A stretch of DNA of 64,000 nt from Malacoraja senta (GCA_038087875.1 JAXLNO010000073.1:434001-498000); one strand, 5' to 3'. Shown: positions 1 through 13,415, counted from the stretch's first letter. Translations and numbers: made by a program. The notes: generated by a model from the sequence alone, not told the origin.

Positions 1-740
1 CCTCTCCTGTATTTAAAAACGACCTGTAAATTTCAACCAGGGCTCCCGCAGTTTCCTCTCTGGTTTCCCATAATGTCTCGGATATATCTGATCAGGCCCT
101 GGAGATTTCACTACCTTCATACACGATAGTACCTTCGGCACCTATTGAAGGGGTTCGAACTACTTTCAAGACACTTCCATTGACTGCCCCAAGTTCCTCC
201 ATACTCCCGTCTTTCTCATCGGTAAATACAGAGGAGAAATACTCATTGAGGATCTTGCCCATCACATGAGGCTCCACACGGAGGTGACCGCTTTGATTTA
301 CGAGCGGCCCCACTCTCTCTCTAGATACTCTTTTCCCCTTTATGTATTTATGAAATCTCAGGATTGTTTTCAAAGTTATCTGCCAGAGCTATCACCTGCC
401 CATTTTGGTCCTTCTGATTTCCTTTTTTAGTTTACTCCTTAGTTCCAGAGACTCCTCCAAGGATGCACTTGATCCCAGCTGCCTATATCTGTCCCATGCA
501 ACTTCTTATTCTTGACCAATGCCTCAATTTTCCTCCTCAGCCAAGCTTCCTTACGTTTGCCTGCCTTGCCTTTCACTCTAACGGGGACGTGCATATCCTG
601 AACTTTCGTCAGCACACTTTTAAAAACATCCCACTTGGCTGATGTTCCTTTCCCCTCAACTGCTCGATCAACTTGAGCGAGATCTTCTCTCATACCCTCA
701 AAGTTGACCTTAGCCCAGTTGAGCACTTTAACACGTGGGC
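1..740 (-). mobile_element. CR1 ORF2 internal fragment
   Basis: KVLNWAKVNFEGMREDL and RVSRERVGPL...LNEYFSSVFT translations, typical of the CR1 EN-RT linker. Confidence 0.8.
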
Positions 741-1129
741 CCTCTCTGTCCCTATCCATAACTGTATTAGTGGGATCATGATAGAAGCCTCCTCGTGGCA
801 ATCCCCGGAAACGACGTCACGATGCACTCTGTCAACATGTTGGACAACGACAGAAGCCAACAGTGACCTATACGTCGTCTGATACACGAGCCAAATATAT
901 TACTTCCGCGTCTCTATTATGACTGAATAACCAAGCCATACCCCTCATATTTTTGTATACATCTATCAGATCCCTCCTCAACCTCCGACGCTCAAGGGAA
1001 AACCGTCCAAGTTAGTCTAACCTCTCCTTACAACTCATACCATCTAATGGAGAACAGTTTAACTTTCAGAAGGAACCATTCGGAACCATTTGGAAAAGAT
1101 CACTTTAGTGAACAATTAACCATAGAGTC

Positions 1130-4100
1130 TCGGAGTCACAGAGTGATACAGCATGGGAACAGGCCCTTCGGCCCAACTTGCCCGCACCGGCCAACATGCC
1201 CCGCCTACACTAGTCCCACCTGCCTGCGCTTGGTCCATATCCCTCCAAACCTGTCCTATCCATGTACCTGTCTAACTATTTATTCAACTTTGGGATAGAC
1301 CCAGCATCAACTATCTCCTCCGACAGCTTGTTCCATACACCCACCACCCTTTGAGTGAAAAAGTGACCCCTCAGAATGTTGATAAATCTTTTCCCCTTCA
1401 CCTTAAACCGATGTCCTCTGGTCCTCGGTTCACCTAGTCTAGGCGAGAGACTCTGTGCGTCTAGCCGATCTATTATTCTCATGATTTTATAGACAAATTT
1501 TACACTTGAATTTAATCCAGTTTAGTTTGGTTTAGTTTCGTTTAGTTTAGAGATAAGTTGCGGAAACAGGCCCTTGGACCCTGAGAGGTCGTGTTAGGTC
1601 ACAAAACGACCCAGATAAAACTGGGAAAGTGGGCAAGCGAATGGCGATTAGGATTTAACTCAGGCTCGTGTGAAGTGATGCTCTTTGGGAAGTTCACACA
1701 GGCTGGACCACATGGAATGGCAGCCCCTTGTGGCGTGTTATTGAACAACGAAACATCACATAGAAATATAGACACATAGAAAGTAGGTGGAGTTGGAGGC
1801 CCTTCGACCCTTCGAACCAGCACCGCCATTCAATGTGATCATGGATGATCATCCAGAATCAGTGCCCCGTTCCTGCTTTTTCCGCATATCCCTTGATGTC
1901 ATTAGCCCTCTGAGCTATATCTAACTCTCTCTCGAAAACATCCAGTGAATTGGCCTCCACTGCCTTCTGTGGCAGAGAGCCGTGTTACCCTTTTAAACGT
2001 CCAAGTATTTAATTCCATGAACATTGCGAAACACGTCGTAGACTGATGAAGAAGCTTGCCTTAATCGGCTTTGAGTAATAATATATAGGATCTCGATGCA
2101 GTTCTACAGAACATTGCTCACGTGTCAGTTTTTAGTTTAGTTTAGTTTCGAGCAACAGCGCGGAACCAGGCCCTTCGGCCCACCGAGTTCGTGCCGACCA
2201 GCGATCCCCGCACACTAACGCCATCCTACACAAACTAGGGACAATTTACAATTTTACCAAGTCAATTAACATGCAAACCTGTACGTCTTTGGAGTGTGGG
2301 AGGAAACCGGAGCACCCGGGGAAAACCGGCGCAGGTCACGGGGAGAACGTGCAAACTCGGTAGAGACAAGCACCTGTAGTCGGAATCGAACCCGGGTCTG
2401 TGGCGCTATGAGGAAGCAACTCTACCGCTGCGCCACCGTTCTGTTCAATGACAACTGTTCACACAGAAATCCAAACTCCAACCCATCTAAACTGGCGATT
2501 AACATGTTGTGTTCAATATTTAAATCCCGGGATGGCGGGACTGTCATATGCTGAGAGAATGGAGCAGCTGGGCTTGTACACTCTGGAGTTTAGAAGGATG
2601 AGAGCGGATCTCATTGAAACATATACGATTGTTAAGGGCTTGGACACGCTAGAGGCAGGAAACATGTTCTAGATGTTGGGGGAGTCCAGAACCAGGGGCC
2701 ACAGTTTAAAAATAAGGAATAAGCCATTTAGAACGGAGACGAAGCAACACTTTTTCTCACAGAGAGTAGTGAGTCTGTGGAATTCTCTGCCTCAGAGGGC
2801 GGTGGAGGCGGGTTCTCTGGATGCTTTCAAGAGAGAGCTAGATAGGGCTCTTAAAAATAGCGGAGTCAGAGGACATGGGGAGAAGGCAGGAACGGGGTAC
2901 TGATTGGGGATGATCAGCCATGATCACATTGAATGGCTGTGCTGGCTCGAAGGGCCAAATGTCCTACTCCTGCATCTATTGTCTATTGTCTATTGTCTAT
3001 TAATTCAATGCCCCGTCATAGATGTGCTGTAAATCTTCTATCTCCGTTGTTCCAGGTGTGGACTCTTATACATCGGCGAGAACAAACGTAGACTGGGCGA
3101 TTGTTTCACTGAACACCTCCGCTCAGTCCGCCTGGACCTACCTGATCTCCTAGTTGCCAAACACGTTAACTCCCCCTCCCATTCCCACACTGACCTTTCT
3201 GTCCTGGGCCTCCTCCACTGTCAGAGTGAGACGCAGCGCAAATTGGAGGAACAGCATCTCAATATTTCGCTTGGGCAGCTTATGAATCATGATTTCCTGA
3301 ACATCAAGTAACCCTTGCTTTCCCTCTCTCTCCATCCCCACCCTCCCTAACCCTTATAGCGTCATATAGCATGGAAGCAGGCCCTTCGGCCCATTCCCTC
3401 TATTCCCACCAAGATGCCCCATCTAATCTAGTCCCATTTGCCCTGTATCACACTGAACCTTTCCTGTCTATGTACCTGTCCAAATGTCTTTTAAATGTAT
3501 AGTTTAGGCTTTACAGATACAGCGCGGAAACAGGCCCTTCGGCCCACAGATTCCGTGCGGCCCAGTGATCCCCGCACACTAACACTATCCTACACACACT
3601 AGGGACAATTTTGCAATTTTAATCTAAGCCAATTAACATACAAACCTTCCCGTCTTTGAAGTGTGGGAGGAAACTGGAGCACCCGGGGGGAACCACGCGG
3701 TCACAGGGAGAACGTATAAACTCGGTACAGACAGCACCGGTGGTCAGGATCGAACCCGGGTCGCTGGTGCTGTGGTGCTGTGAGGCAGCAACTCTATAGC
3801 TGCGCCATTATGCCATTGCTATTCTCCCAGCCTCAACTACCTCCTCTGGCACCTCGTTCCATATATCCACAGCCCTCGGTGGTGCAGCGGTAGAGTTGCA
3901 GCCTTGCAGCGCCATTGACCCGGGTTCGATCCTGACGACGGGTGCTGTCTGTGCGGAATGTATAGGTCCTCCCCGTGACCTGCCTGGGTTTTCTCCGGGT
4001 GCTCCGGTTTCCTCCCACACTCCAAAGACGTACAGATTTGCAGGTTAATTGACTTGGCTTTGTAGGCTAATCGGCGTGATACATTAGTATATTGTCCCTA

Positions 4101-4210
4101 GTGTGTGTAGGGTAGTGTTACCGTGTGGGGATCGCTGGTCGGCGTGGGCTCGGTGGGCTGAACGACCTGTTTCCGCGCTGTATCTCGAAACTAAGCTAAA
4201 CTAAGTCTGT
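1130..4210. mobile_element. Cluster of CR1 3' ends and HE1-type tRNA-derived SINEs
   Basis: CR1 tails at about 1135-1490 (-), 1765-1978 (-) and 2520-3000 (+). SINEs at about 2135-2440 (-), 3510-3805 (-) and 3877-4200 (+) with GGTGGCGCAG / GGTTCGATCC A/B boxes and (AAACT)n tails. Confidence 0.8.
3035..3350 (+). mobile_element. Penelope-like GIY-YIG fragment
   Basis: Homologous to 35985-36310. Confidence 0.8.
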
Positions 4211-4244
4211 AGGGATATGACCCAGGTGCAGGCAAGTGGGACTA

Positions 4245-5160
4245 GCACAATTAAGCATGGACGAGTTGGGCCGAAAGGCCTGTTTCCGTGCTGTGCCACT
4301 CCACGACTATGACTGGAGGGTTTGAGTTATGAGGAATGCAATGTTATGGGAAGAAGGCAGGAGGATAGGGTTGAGAAGGAACAATAGAGCAGCCTTGATG
4401 GACTGGTGGAGTAGACTCAATGGGCTGAATGCTCTTCCCAGAGTGCATTGGATAGCACGGACGAGGGGCTGAAGGGCCTGTTGCCATGCTGTATGACTCT
4501 CTCGCTCTATGGTTGGTAGCCTTAGATTATATGGACAAACCAGGATAGGTTGGGACTTTTCCCCCCGGAGTGCCTTGGATAGCACGGACGAGTTGGGCTG
4601 AAGGGCCTGTTTCCATGCTGTATGACTCTAACTATGACTGAAGGGCTTGGGTTATAAGGGGAGACCAAGGTATGTTGGAACATTTTGTTTCCCTGGAGTG
4701 CCTTGGATAGCTCGAATGGGTTGGGCCGAAGGGACTATCTCCGTACTGTACGAAACTGTGACTGGGTGGCTTCAGATGAAGTGAACACTCACAGTCCTTA
4801 TCCCAAGGTAGAGGATGTCGGGGCTTTTTCTTCCCTGTGGTGTCTTGGATAGCACGGACGAGTTGGGCCGAAGGGCCTATTTCTGTGCTGCATGATTCTC
4901 TAGCTCTGCGACTGGAGAGCTTGGGTTATAAGGAGAGACAAAGGTAGATTGTGGCTTTTTTCTTTGCCTAGAGTGTAGGCTAGCACGGACGAGCAGGGCG
5001 GAAGGGCCTGGTTCTGTACTGTGTGACTGTCTAACTACGACTGGAGAGGCACGGGTTATAAGGAGTGAGAGGTTGCGGCTTCTTTTTCGTTCCCTGGAGT
5101 GTGTCGGCCAGCAGGGGCGATTCGGGCCGAAGGGCCTGCCTCCGCGCCTGTCTCCGCAGT
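4245..5160. repeat. About 7 degenerate tandem units of roughly 130 bp built from LINE/SINE tail sequence
   Basis: TAGCACGGACGAGTTGGGCCGAAGGGCCTGTTTC...GACTGGAGGGCTTGGGTTATAAGG recurs near 4255, 4453, 4580, 4708, 4850, 4981 and 5110. Confidence 0.75.
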
Positions 5161-5169
5161 CCTCGTCCT

Positions 5170-5564
5170 CTAGTACGTAGAGCTTTTCCTGGTGACGCTG
5201 TAGATGTTGACCTCGAGGTTTGGGGTCTGGTAGACCAGCTGGTAATGGAAGAGCTCAGGGAGGAGGGTGGCGTAGAATTCCACGGCCCCCATCTTCTCGC
5301 TCATGATGGAGCTGAGGTAGATCACGGTCCGCCGATCGCTCAGGTGCAGGAGAGTCTTCAGCAGCAGGAGGAAGGTGCGCGGCTGGTAGACGATGTCGGA
5401 GCCCAGGATGATGTCGTAGTCTCTGGGGAACTGGTCCTCGTCCTCGCCCCAAGACAGCGCGGCCACCTTGGGGCGGGGGATCATGGAGGGTGACACGTTT
5501 CTGGCCGAGTTGCGTTCGATCTGACCCAGAACCTCGGGCTTGTCGGTCAAGGTCACCACTCCCC
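5170..5564 (-). CDS. EEF1AKMT3: EEF1AKMT3-like terminal coding exon, distal duplicate (395 bp, intact)
   Basis: Same acceptor, length and stop as 13416-13810; 9 nt and 7 aa differences by manual comparison. Its own upstream exons are not in the same contig. Confidence 0.85.
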
Positions 5565-5689
5565 CTGCCAAACAGCGAGCGCGCCCGTCATTCACTGCGT
5601 CCTCAAACAGCCGCGCCCCACCCCGCGGGGAGCTACCCGGACTCCGAGACTCGCCACCCAAGGTGCAAGGTGACGGGGGAAGCAATGGG

Positions 5690-7830
5690 TCGGGCAGCAT
5701 CCGTGGAGGGAATGGGCCGGCGACGTTTCGGGTCGGGACATCTGTCTACCTGTGGTGGGGATTGGACAGACAACATCTGGGGAGGGAATGGACAGATGGT
5801 TCGAGTTGAGACACCTGTCCATATTTGGATTGAATGGACTGATGTTTCAGGTTGAAACACCTGTCCATCTTTGAGGGGATGAACAGATGTTTCAAATCAA
5901 GACTTCTGTCCTTCAGGGAAAGGACTGAACAGGCATCATCTGGGGAGGGAATGGACAGATGTTTTGAGTCAAGATACCTGTCCATCTTTGAAGGGGATGG
6001 ACAGATGCTTCAAGTTGAGACACCTGACCACCTGGGAAGGGAATGAACAGGCAACATCTGTGGAGGGAATGGACAGATGTTTTGAGTCAAGGCATGTGCC
6101 CATCCTTGAAATGGTGGACAGATGTTTCAAGTTGAGACACCTGACCACCTGGTAAGGGAATATACAGGCAACTTCTGGGGAGTGAATGGACAGATGTTTT
6201 GAGTCAAGGCATGTGCCCATCCTTGAAATGGTGGACAGATGTTTCAAGTTGAGACAGATGTTTCAAGTTGAGACACCTGTCCATCTTTGGAAGCAATTTA
6301 CAAAACTGTTGTTCAAGCACCTGTCCATCTGGTAAGGGTATGAACATACAACATCTGGGAAAGGAATGAACAGATGTTGCGAGTTTACACGTCTGTTCAT
6401 CTTTGTAGTGAACAGACAGATGTTTCAAGTTAAGGTATCCGGCCACCTTGAGAGTGGATGGACAGATCTTTCGAGTTTCGACACCTATCCACATTTCATG
6501 GGAATGAACAGATGTTTCAAGTCAAGACATGTCCATCTTTTAAGGGAATTAACAGATATTTCCAATTGAGACACCAGTCCATCTTTGGTGAGAATGGACA
6601 GATGTTTCACTTCAACACACCTGTCTATCTAAGGAGAAAACGGACACATTTTCACGTCAAGACATCTGCCTACAGAGAGGGAATGGACAGATACTTCGAG
6701 GCAAGGTACGTGTGCACCGGAGCAGGGAGTGGACAGGCAACGACTGCGGGGGAAATGGACAGATATTTCAGGTAGAGACACCTGTATATGTGGAAAGGGA
6801 ATGGACGGATGTCTTGAGTTGAGACACATATCCGCCTTGAGAGGGAATGGACAGGCAACAGCTGGGTAGGGAATAGATAGATGTTTCAAGTTGAGATCTG
6901 TCTTTCAGGGGAGGGAATTGTCAGATGTTTGGTCAAGACACCTCTCTCTCTGGGGAGGTAATGGACAGATGTTTAGTCAAGACACCTGTCTCTCTGGGGA
7001 GGTAATGGACAGATGTTTTGAGTTGAGACACGTGGTCATGTGGGGAAGGAATAGACAAGCAATATCTGGGGAGGGAATGGACAGATATTTTGAATTGAGA
7101 CTCCTGCCCATCTTTGGAGTGGATGGACAGATGTTTGAAGTCAATACACCTGTTCATCTGAGGAGGAAATGGCCAGATGTTTCAAGTCAAGGCATCAGGG
7201 AGGGAATGGACAGATGTTTTGAGATGAAACACCAGTCCATCTTTGAAGGAATGGACAGGTGTCTTAAGTCCATACGCCCATGCACCTGGGGAGGGCATGG
7301 ACAGGCAACATCTGGGGATGGCATGGACAGATGTTTCAAGTCAAGGCATCCGGCCACCCTGGGGAGGGGATGGTCGAGACATCTGTCCAATTCACTGGAT
7401 AAATTTAAAAGAGAGTTAGATTGAGCTCGAGGATCAAGGGATATGGAGAGAAGGCAGGCACGGGTTATTGATTGTGGATCATCAGCCATGACCACAATGA
7501 ATGGCGGTGCAGGCTCGAAGGGCCAAATGGCGTCCTCCTGAACCTATTTTCTATGTTTCTATGTTTTAAGTCAAGACACCTGTCCACCTGGGGAGGAAAT
7601 TGACAGATGTTTCGTGTTGAGACTCCTGTCCATCAGTGGAGGGGATAGACATATGTTTTTAGTCGAGACGCCTGTACACCTGGAGAGAGAATGGACAGGC
7701 AGCATCTTGGGGGGGGAGACAGATGTTGTTGTTCAAGACACCTGTCTATCTTTGGAAAGAATGGACAGATGTTTCAAGTCGAGACACCGGTTCATCTAAG
7801 GAGAGAATGGACGGGCAGCATCTGTGGAGG
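5690..7830. repeat. Degenerate palindromic minisatellite, copy A
   Basis: Dozens of GGACAGATGTTTCAAGT(T/C)(G/A)AGACACCTGTCC units, interspersed with GGACAGGCAACATCTGGGGAGGGAAT; short CR1 tail at about 7385-7565. Confidence 0.9.
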
Positions 7831-8371
7831 GGATCTGTAAACAATCAGAAGCGTTTTCCCGGGGTGTAGATTTCCAACACCAGAGGGCATAGCTATAAGA
7901 CCAGGAGAGGGAAAGTTTAACACGAAGGGTGGTGGGTGCCTGGAACGCGCTGCCAGGAGTGGCGGTGGAGGCAGATACGATAGTGGCGTGGAAGATGCTT
8001 TTAGACAGGCATATACATACGCAGCAAATAGAGGGATGTGGATCACTAACATGCAGATGAGATCAGTTTAACACGGCATCATGTTGGGCACAACCATTGT
8101 TGGCCGAAGGGCCCCTTTCCTGTCCTGTACTGTTCTATAGACATAAAAAGCTGGAGTAACTCAGCGGGTCAGACAGTGTGACGCCTCGACCCGAAAGATC
8201 ACCTATTCCTTCTCTCCAGAGATGCTGTCTGACCCGCTGAGTTACTCCAGCTTTTTGTGTCTATCTTCGGTTTAAACCAGTATCTGTATTTCTTTCCTAC
8301 ACTATCCTGTTCTATGCCCTATGAATGGACAGACGACGTTTCAAGTCAAGACCCTTCTTCGGACTTACAGC

Positions 8372-9412
8372 TGGTATGTTACAATGCTTACCCTCAGCGG
8401 CGCTGTAATTATGTCACTGGCCGTGTGCGCGATTTAGGCGCCTTTGAGGGGGGGGCGGGGTTAAAACGCGGGTTTCTCCTACCTTGTCCTGAATTATATT
8501 TCGTTGGAGTACAAGCGTTTGCTGAAAAATCGTTCCTAGGGGCGTTTTGTGTATTTTTTATTTTTATTCGATCAACAATGTCAGCGCTGGAGTCAGTTTA
8601 AAAGCAGCTCCTAAAGCCGTCAACGCCGACAACGGGGACGGATTTCACGTACGGGACAGGTAAACGAAAGTGGTTTCTTTTAATGTATAAAAGTGCTTCT
8701 TAAGAAGCCTTTAATTCACATTTTTTCATGCGAAACGGTGATTTTATTCCCCGAACTAACGGCAGTATTTTTCATGCCGATACGGGGTTAAATTCACCGC
8801 AAATCAACGTTCCAAATGATCGCGTTCCAGAAATCCTCACTCACAAGATTATTTAAATGCCCATTAATTTACAGGTATTAAACATTCAATTCCTTCCATT
8901 TGGCCTGTAAATCCATGACAATGAGATTTAAAAATCATGTTATTGTGTGAATTCTTGTGTGAATGTTATTTGGAGACTTAGGCTATTTAAAAATGTTAAT
9001 CTATTCTTAAGAAATTGATAGATGTTTAGATCTAATAATTGAATTTTGTAATTAGCTACACTTAGGTAACTAACTAATTATATGCTTTAATTTCATGTCT
9101 TCTAAGTAAGAATGTTTCATATTTGTTTCAGAATGCTTCAATCTATAATAACTGAAAATTTCTTTCAGTTCTCTTAATTTTTAAGAAAGTTATGGCTTTT
9201 GACTGTCCTTGATCACAGCTTTTGTGTTAAGTCAATGGAAAAGCAATAGGGAACAAGATGCTAATTTCCGAGTATGAAAATGGCCATAACTTTTTTAATA
9301 CTGAAGATATGAAAGTGAATTAGGTATCAAATTAAAGTTCTTTTTATGCTTTATCTGATGGGATAAATTGCAGACTTTATTTTTAAAATCTCAAAATTTT
9401 GTAACATTGCTA
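8372..9412 (+). mobile_element. Non-autonomous hAT-type MITE (about 1040 bp)
   Basis: Imperfect TIRs T(A)GGTATGTTACAA / TAGCAATGTTACAA; perfect 8-bp TSD CTTACAGC at 8364-8371 and 9413-9420; empty site in the paralogous block near 17902. Confidence 0.9.
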
Positions 9413-10131
9413 CTTACAGCATAATGAAAGGCATAGATAGAGTGGATGTGTTGAGGATGTTTCCACTGGTGGGAGAGGATAGGACCAGAGGTCATAGACT
9501 CAGAATTAAAAGGCGCTCTTTTAGAAAGGATGTGAGGAGGAATATCTTTAGTCAGAGGGTAGTTAATCTGTGGATTTCATTGCCACAGAGGGCTGTGGAG
9601 GCCAAGTCAGTGGATATTTTTGATGCCGAGATAGACAAATCCTTGATTAGAACGGGTGCCAAGGGTTTTGGGGAAAAGGAAAGGAAATTGGATTGGGAGG
9701 GAGAGATCAGCCACGATTGAATGGTGGTGTGGACTCGATGGGCCGAATGGCTCAATTCGACTCCTATAACTTGTGAACTTGTGACCGTCAGAAACGTCGC
9801 CTGTCCATGTCCATCCACAGATACTGCCTGAAGTTGCTGGTGGGATCCTCCAGCTCTCTGTTTTGTGAGTTATATACAAGTACATCAGCATAGACCAACG
9901 TGTCAGGGTAGACTAAATGTGTGGGATGCTGGTTTAGACACAAAAAGCTGCAGTAACTCAGTGGGACAGTTTCAGGGACAGCTGGTATCAGGCAACTGAA
10001 CCATTCTACCAACGACTAGACAGCAGTGCTGAACTACTATCGACCTCATTGGTGAACCTCGGACTATCTATGATCGGACTTTACTGGACTTTATCCTGCA
10101 CTAAACATTTATCATGTACCTGTGCATTAAC

Positions 10132-10532
10132 TAGCAATGTTACAAAATTTTGCGATTTTAAGAATAAAGTCTGCAATTTATCCCATCAGATAAAGCATAA
10201 AAAGAAGTTTAATTTGACACCTAATTCACTTTCATATCTTCAGTATTAAAGAAGTTATGGCCATTTTCATACTCGGAAATTAGCATCTTGTTCCCTATTG
10301 CTTTTCCATTGACAACACAAAAGCTGTGATCGAGGACAGTTAAAAGCCCATAACTTTCTTAAAAATTAAGATAACTGAAAGAAATATTCAGTTATTATAG
10401 ATTGAAGCATTCTGAAACAAATATGAAACAATCTTACGTAGAAGACATGAAAGTAAAGCATATAATTAGTTAGTTACCTAATTGTAGCTAATTACAAAAT
10501 TCAATTACTATATCTAAACATCTATCAATTTC
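10132..10532 (-). mobile_element. Left part of the inverted hAT MITE
   Basis: Reverse complement of about 9010-9412; equivalent to 54606-55006. Confidence 0.88.
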
Positions 10533-13082
10533 TTTCTTTTTTTTAATTTTTATTTATTAGAAGTACATTACATTACAACCACATACATTAGTACTCGTCA
10601 TTTATATCTTCTTACAATTAATGTACTCCATTTATTTTTTACACTAGAAAAGGAAAAGATTGAAAGAAAGAAGAAAGTGAAGGAAAAAGTGAAAGTGTAG
10701 GAAATGTGACAACAAAAAAGGACGAAGACCCTATAAGAGCAAAATTAAAAACAAAAGAAAAAGAGTTAAGAAATAGACCCTAGGAGAGAAAGAGAAAGAG
10801 AAAGAGGAAAAAGAGAGAAACAAATATTTTTATGAGCATTACGTAAATGGGACATACCAACTCTTCAACTATCATCCCCCCTTACCTGACCTCAATTTTT
10901 TTTTTAAGTACTTTTGCACCCTATGTTTGTAATAATTCTATAAATGCAGACCACGTCAGGTGGAAGTGATCTGGTTTACCTGCTAGGAGGAGTCTTATCT
11001 CTTCTAGGTGTAATGTTTCAAACATATTTGAAATCCACATATTTATAGTTGGTATTGGAGCCTTCTTCCAAAATTTTAGAATTAGCTTTTTTCCAGTTAT
11101 TAACCCATAGTCCATTAGTTTCTTTTGAAACACATTTAGTTCTGGACCATCTTCCGTTATACCGAAGATAATCCATTCTGCTTTGGGTATCAGTCTTGTT
11201 TTAAATAACTTTGTAAAGATTTCAAAAATTGCATTCCATAATTTTTGAATTTTTGTACAGAAAACGAATGAGTGCGCTATAGTAGCTTCTTGGGATTGAT
11301 ATTTATCACAAATAGATGATACATTTGGGAAAATTTTATTAATTTTAGTTTTCGAATAATATAATCTATGTAAAATTTTAAATTGTATTACAGTGTGTCT
11401 TACATTAATCGAGCATTTATGCACGTTTAATAAGTATTCATTCCAACTTTCCTTTGAAATGTTAATAGCTAACTCTTGTTCCCAGTCTCTTCTGATACCC
11501 TCCGTAGATGGTATTTGTACATTTAAGATAATATTATACAAATATGATATTAAGTTTGCTGATTCCGCTTTTATCTGCATTGCCTCGTCCAATACATCTA
11601 CTGGGTTATTATAATGATCTTTTGTATATTTTTTCAAATAGTCGCATATTTGAAAATATTTAAAATATTGATTATTTCCGAGTTTATATTTTATTTGTAA
11701 TTGTTGAAATGAAAGTAATTTTCCAGTTTCATACAAGTCACCAAGCGTTTTAATTCCTAGTCTATCCCATTGTGTATAAGCTTTATCTATAATAGAAGGA
11801 TTAAACGAGGGGTTATTGACTATAGGTAATAAAAGTGATACATTTCTTAATTTTAAATTTTGTTTTATTTGTTTCCAAATTCGGATTGTACTATGAATAA
11901 TTGGGTTCTTATTATAATTTATGTTATTCAATTTCATTGGAGAAAGGAGGATCGCTCCAATGTTTCTAGAGGAGCAATCCTCTTTCTCCATTACAATCCA
12001 GTCCACTTGCTGGGCGGAGTTATCCATCAGTTGAATCATATTTTTAATATTTACTGACCAATAATAATACATAAAATTAGGTAGTGCTAAACCCCCTAAT
12101 ATTTAGATTTATTCGGATGAGTTTTTTGTATTCTATGTGATTTATAGTCCCATATAAAATTAGTGATATCTGAGTCGAGTTTTTTTTTAAACTTCTTTGG
12201 TAAGTATATAGGAATTGATTGAAATAGGTATAACATTTGTGGTAAAAAGATCATTTTTATTGCGTTTATTCGGCCTATTTAAGACATCGGGAGCGTTTTC
12301 CAGAATTTAATTAGTGTGTTTAATTTATTAAGTAGGGGGTCAAAATTTGCCCTAAACATACCTTGATATGGTCTGGTAATTTCGATTCCCAAATATTTAA
12401 ATTTTTCTGTAGCTATTTTAAAAGGGAATTTTAAAAGATGTGTTGAATCTTTCGGTTTTATTGACATAATTTCACTTTTATTCCAATTTATTCTATATCC
12501 AGAAAAAAAAAGATCCCAAAGTCTTCAATTAAATTTAATATATTTGGTATAGTGATTTGAGGTTTTGTAATGTACAGTAATATATCATCCGCGTATAAAG
12601 ATATTTTATTATATGAATCTTTAGTATTATATCCATGGATATCAGGGTGTATTCTAATTTGTCTGCTAGCGGTTCAATAATGAGAGCAAACAGCTGTGGT
12701 GATAATGAGCATCCTTGTCTATTTCCCCTTGATAGTTGGAATTTCGAGGATAGTATGTTATTAGTTAGTATTCTAGCTGTAGGTTTGTTATATAGTAAGT
12801 TGATCCATAGAATAAAATTCTCCCCCAGTTGAAATTTTTGTAATACTTTGTCCATATAATTCCATTCTTGCTTGATCAAATTCTTTTTCAGCATCCAGCG
12901 AAATAATTGATAATTCTTGATCTTCAGATTTGTGTGAGTGCATTATGTTGAGTAGACGTCTCATATTGTTAGATGAGTATCTCTTAGGGATAAACCCCGT
13001 CTGATCTGGGTTTATTAATTTACTAATGTATTTATACTTAATCTTCTAGCTAATGTTTCTTCGTCACCTAAATTTTTTGATC
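10533..13082 (-). mobile_element. Same truncated L1 insertion as 55007-58837, cut by the assembly gap
   Basis: Near-identical to the copy 44474 bp downstream, including the MITE junction; ORFs 10921-12072 and 12535-12894. Confidence 0.92.
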
Positions 13083-13282
13083 NNNNNNNNNNNNNNNNNN
13101 NNNNNNNNNNNNNNNNNNNNNNNNNNNNNNNNNNNNNNNNNNNNNNNNNNNNNNNNNNNNNNNNNNNNNNNNNNNNNNNNNNNNNNNNNNNNNNNNNNNN
13201 NNNNNNNNNNNNNNNNNNNNNNNNNNNNNNNNNNNNNNNNNNNNNNNNNNNNNNNNNNNNNNNNNNNNNNNNNNNNNNNNNN
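13083..13282. other. Assembly gap (200 N)
   Basis: Run of N. Confidence 1.
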
Positions 13283-13415
13283 AGTGGACAGTCGCACGGG
13301 TTATGAGGAGTGAGAGGTTGCGGCTTCTTTTTCGTTCCCTGGAGTGTTTTCGGCCAGCAGGGGCGAGTCGGGCCGAAGGGCCTGCCTCCGCGCCTGTCTC
13401 CGCAGTCCTCGCCCT

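Noticed and set aside
3877..3945. tRNA genes at A/B-box motifs
   Set aside because: They are SINE heads continuing into SINE body and tail, with no complete cloverleaf.
5565..5700. N-terminal part of the 176-aa ORFs (also 13811-13946) as a single-exon gene
   Set aside because: It lies upstream of a clear acceptor and runs into repeat sequence; motif I is supplied by the 20870-20759 exon.
5690..7830. CRISPR-like appearance (palindromic repeats with intervening segments)
   Set aside because: Vertebrate context, degenerate repeats, intervening segments are themselves repetitive, and there are no cas genes.
12495..13082. Extra frameshifts in the first copy of the truncated L1 as real divergence
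   Set aside because: They are homopolymer indels concentrated toward a contig end and are more likely consensus errors.
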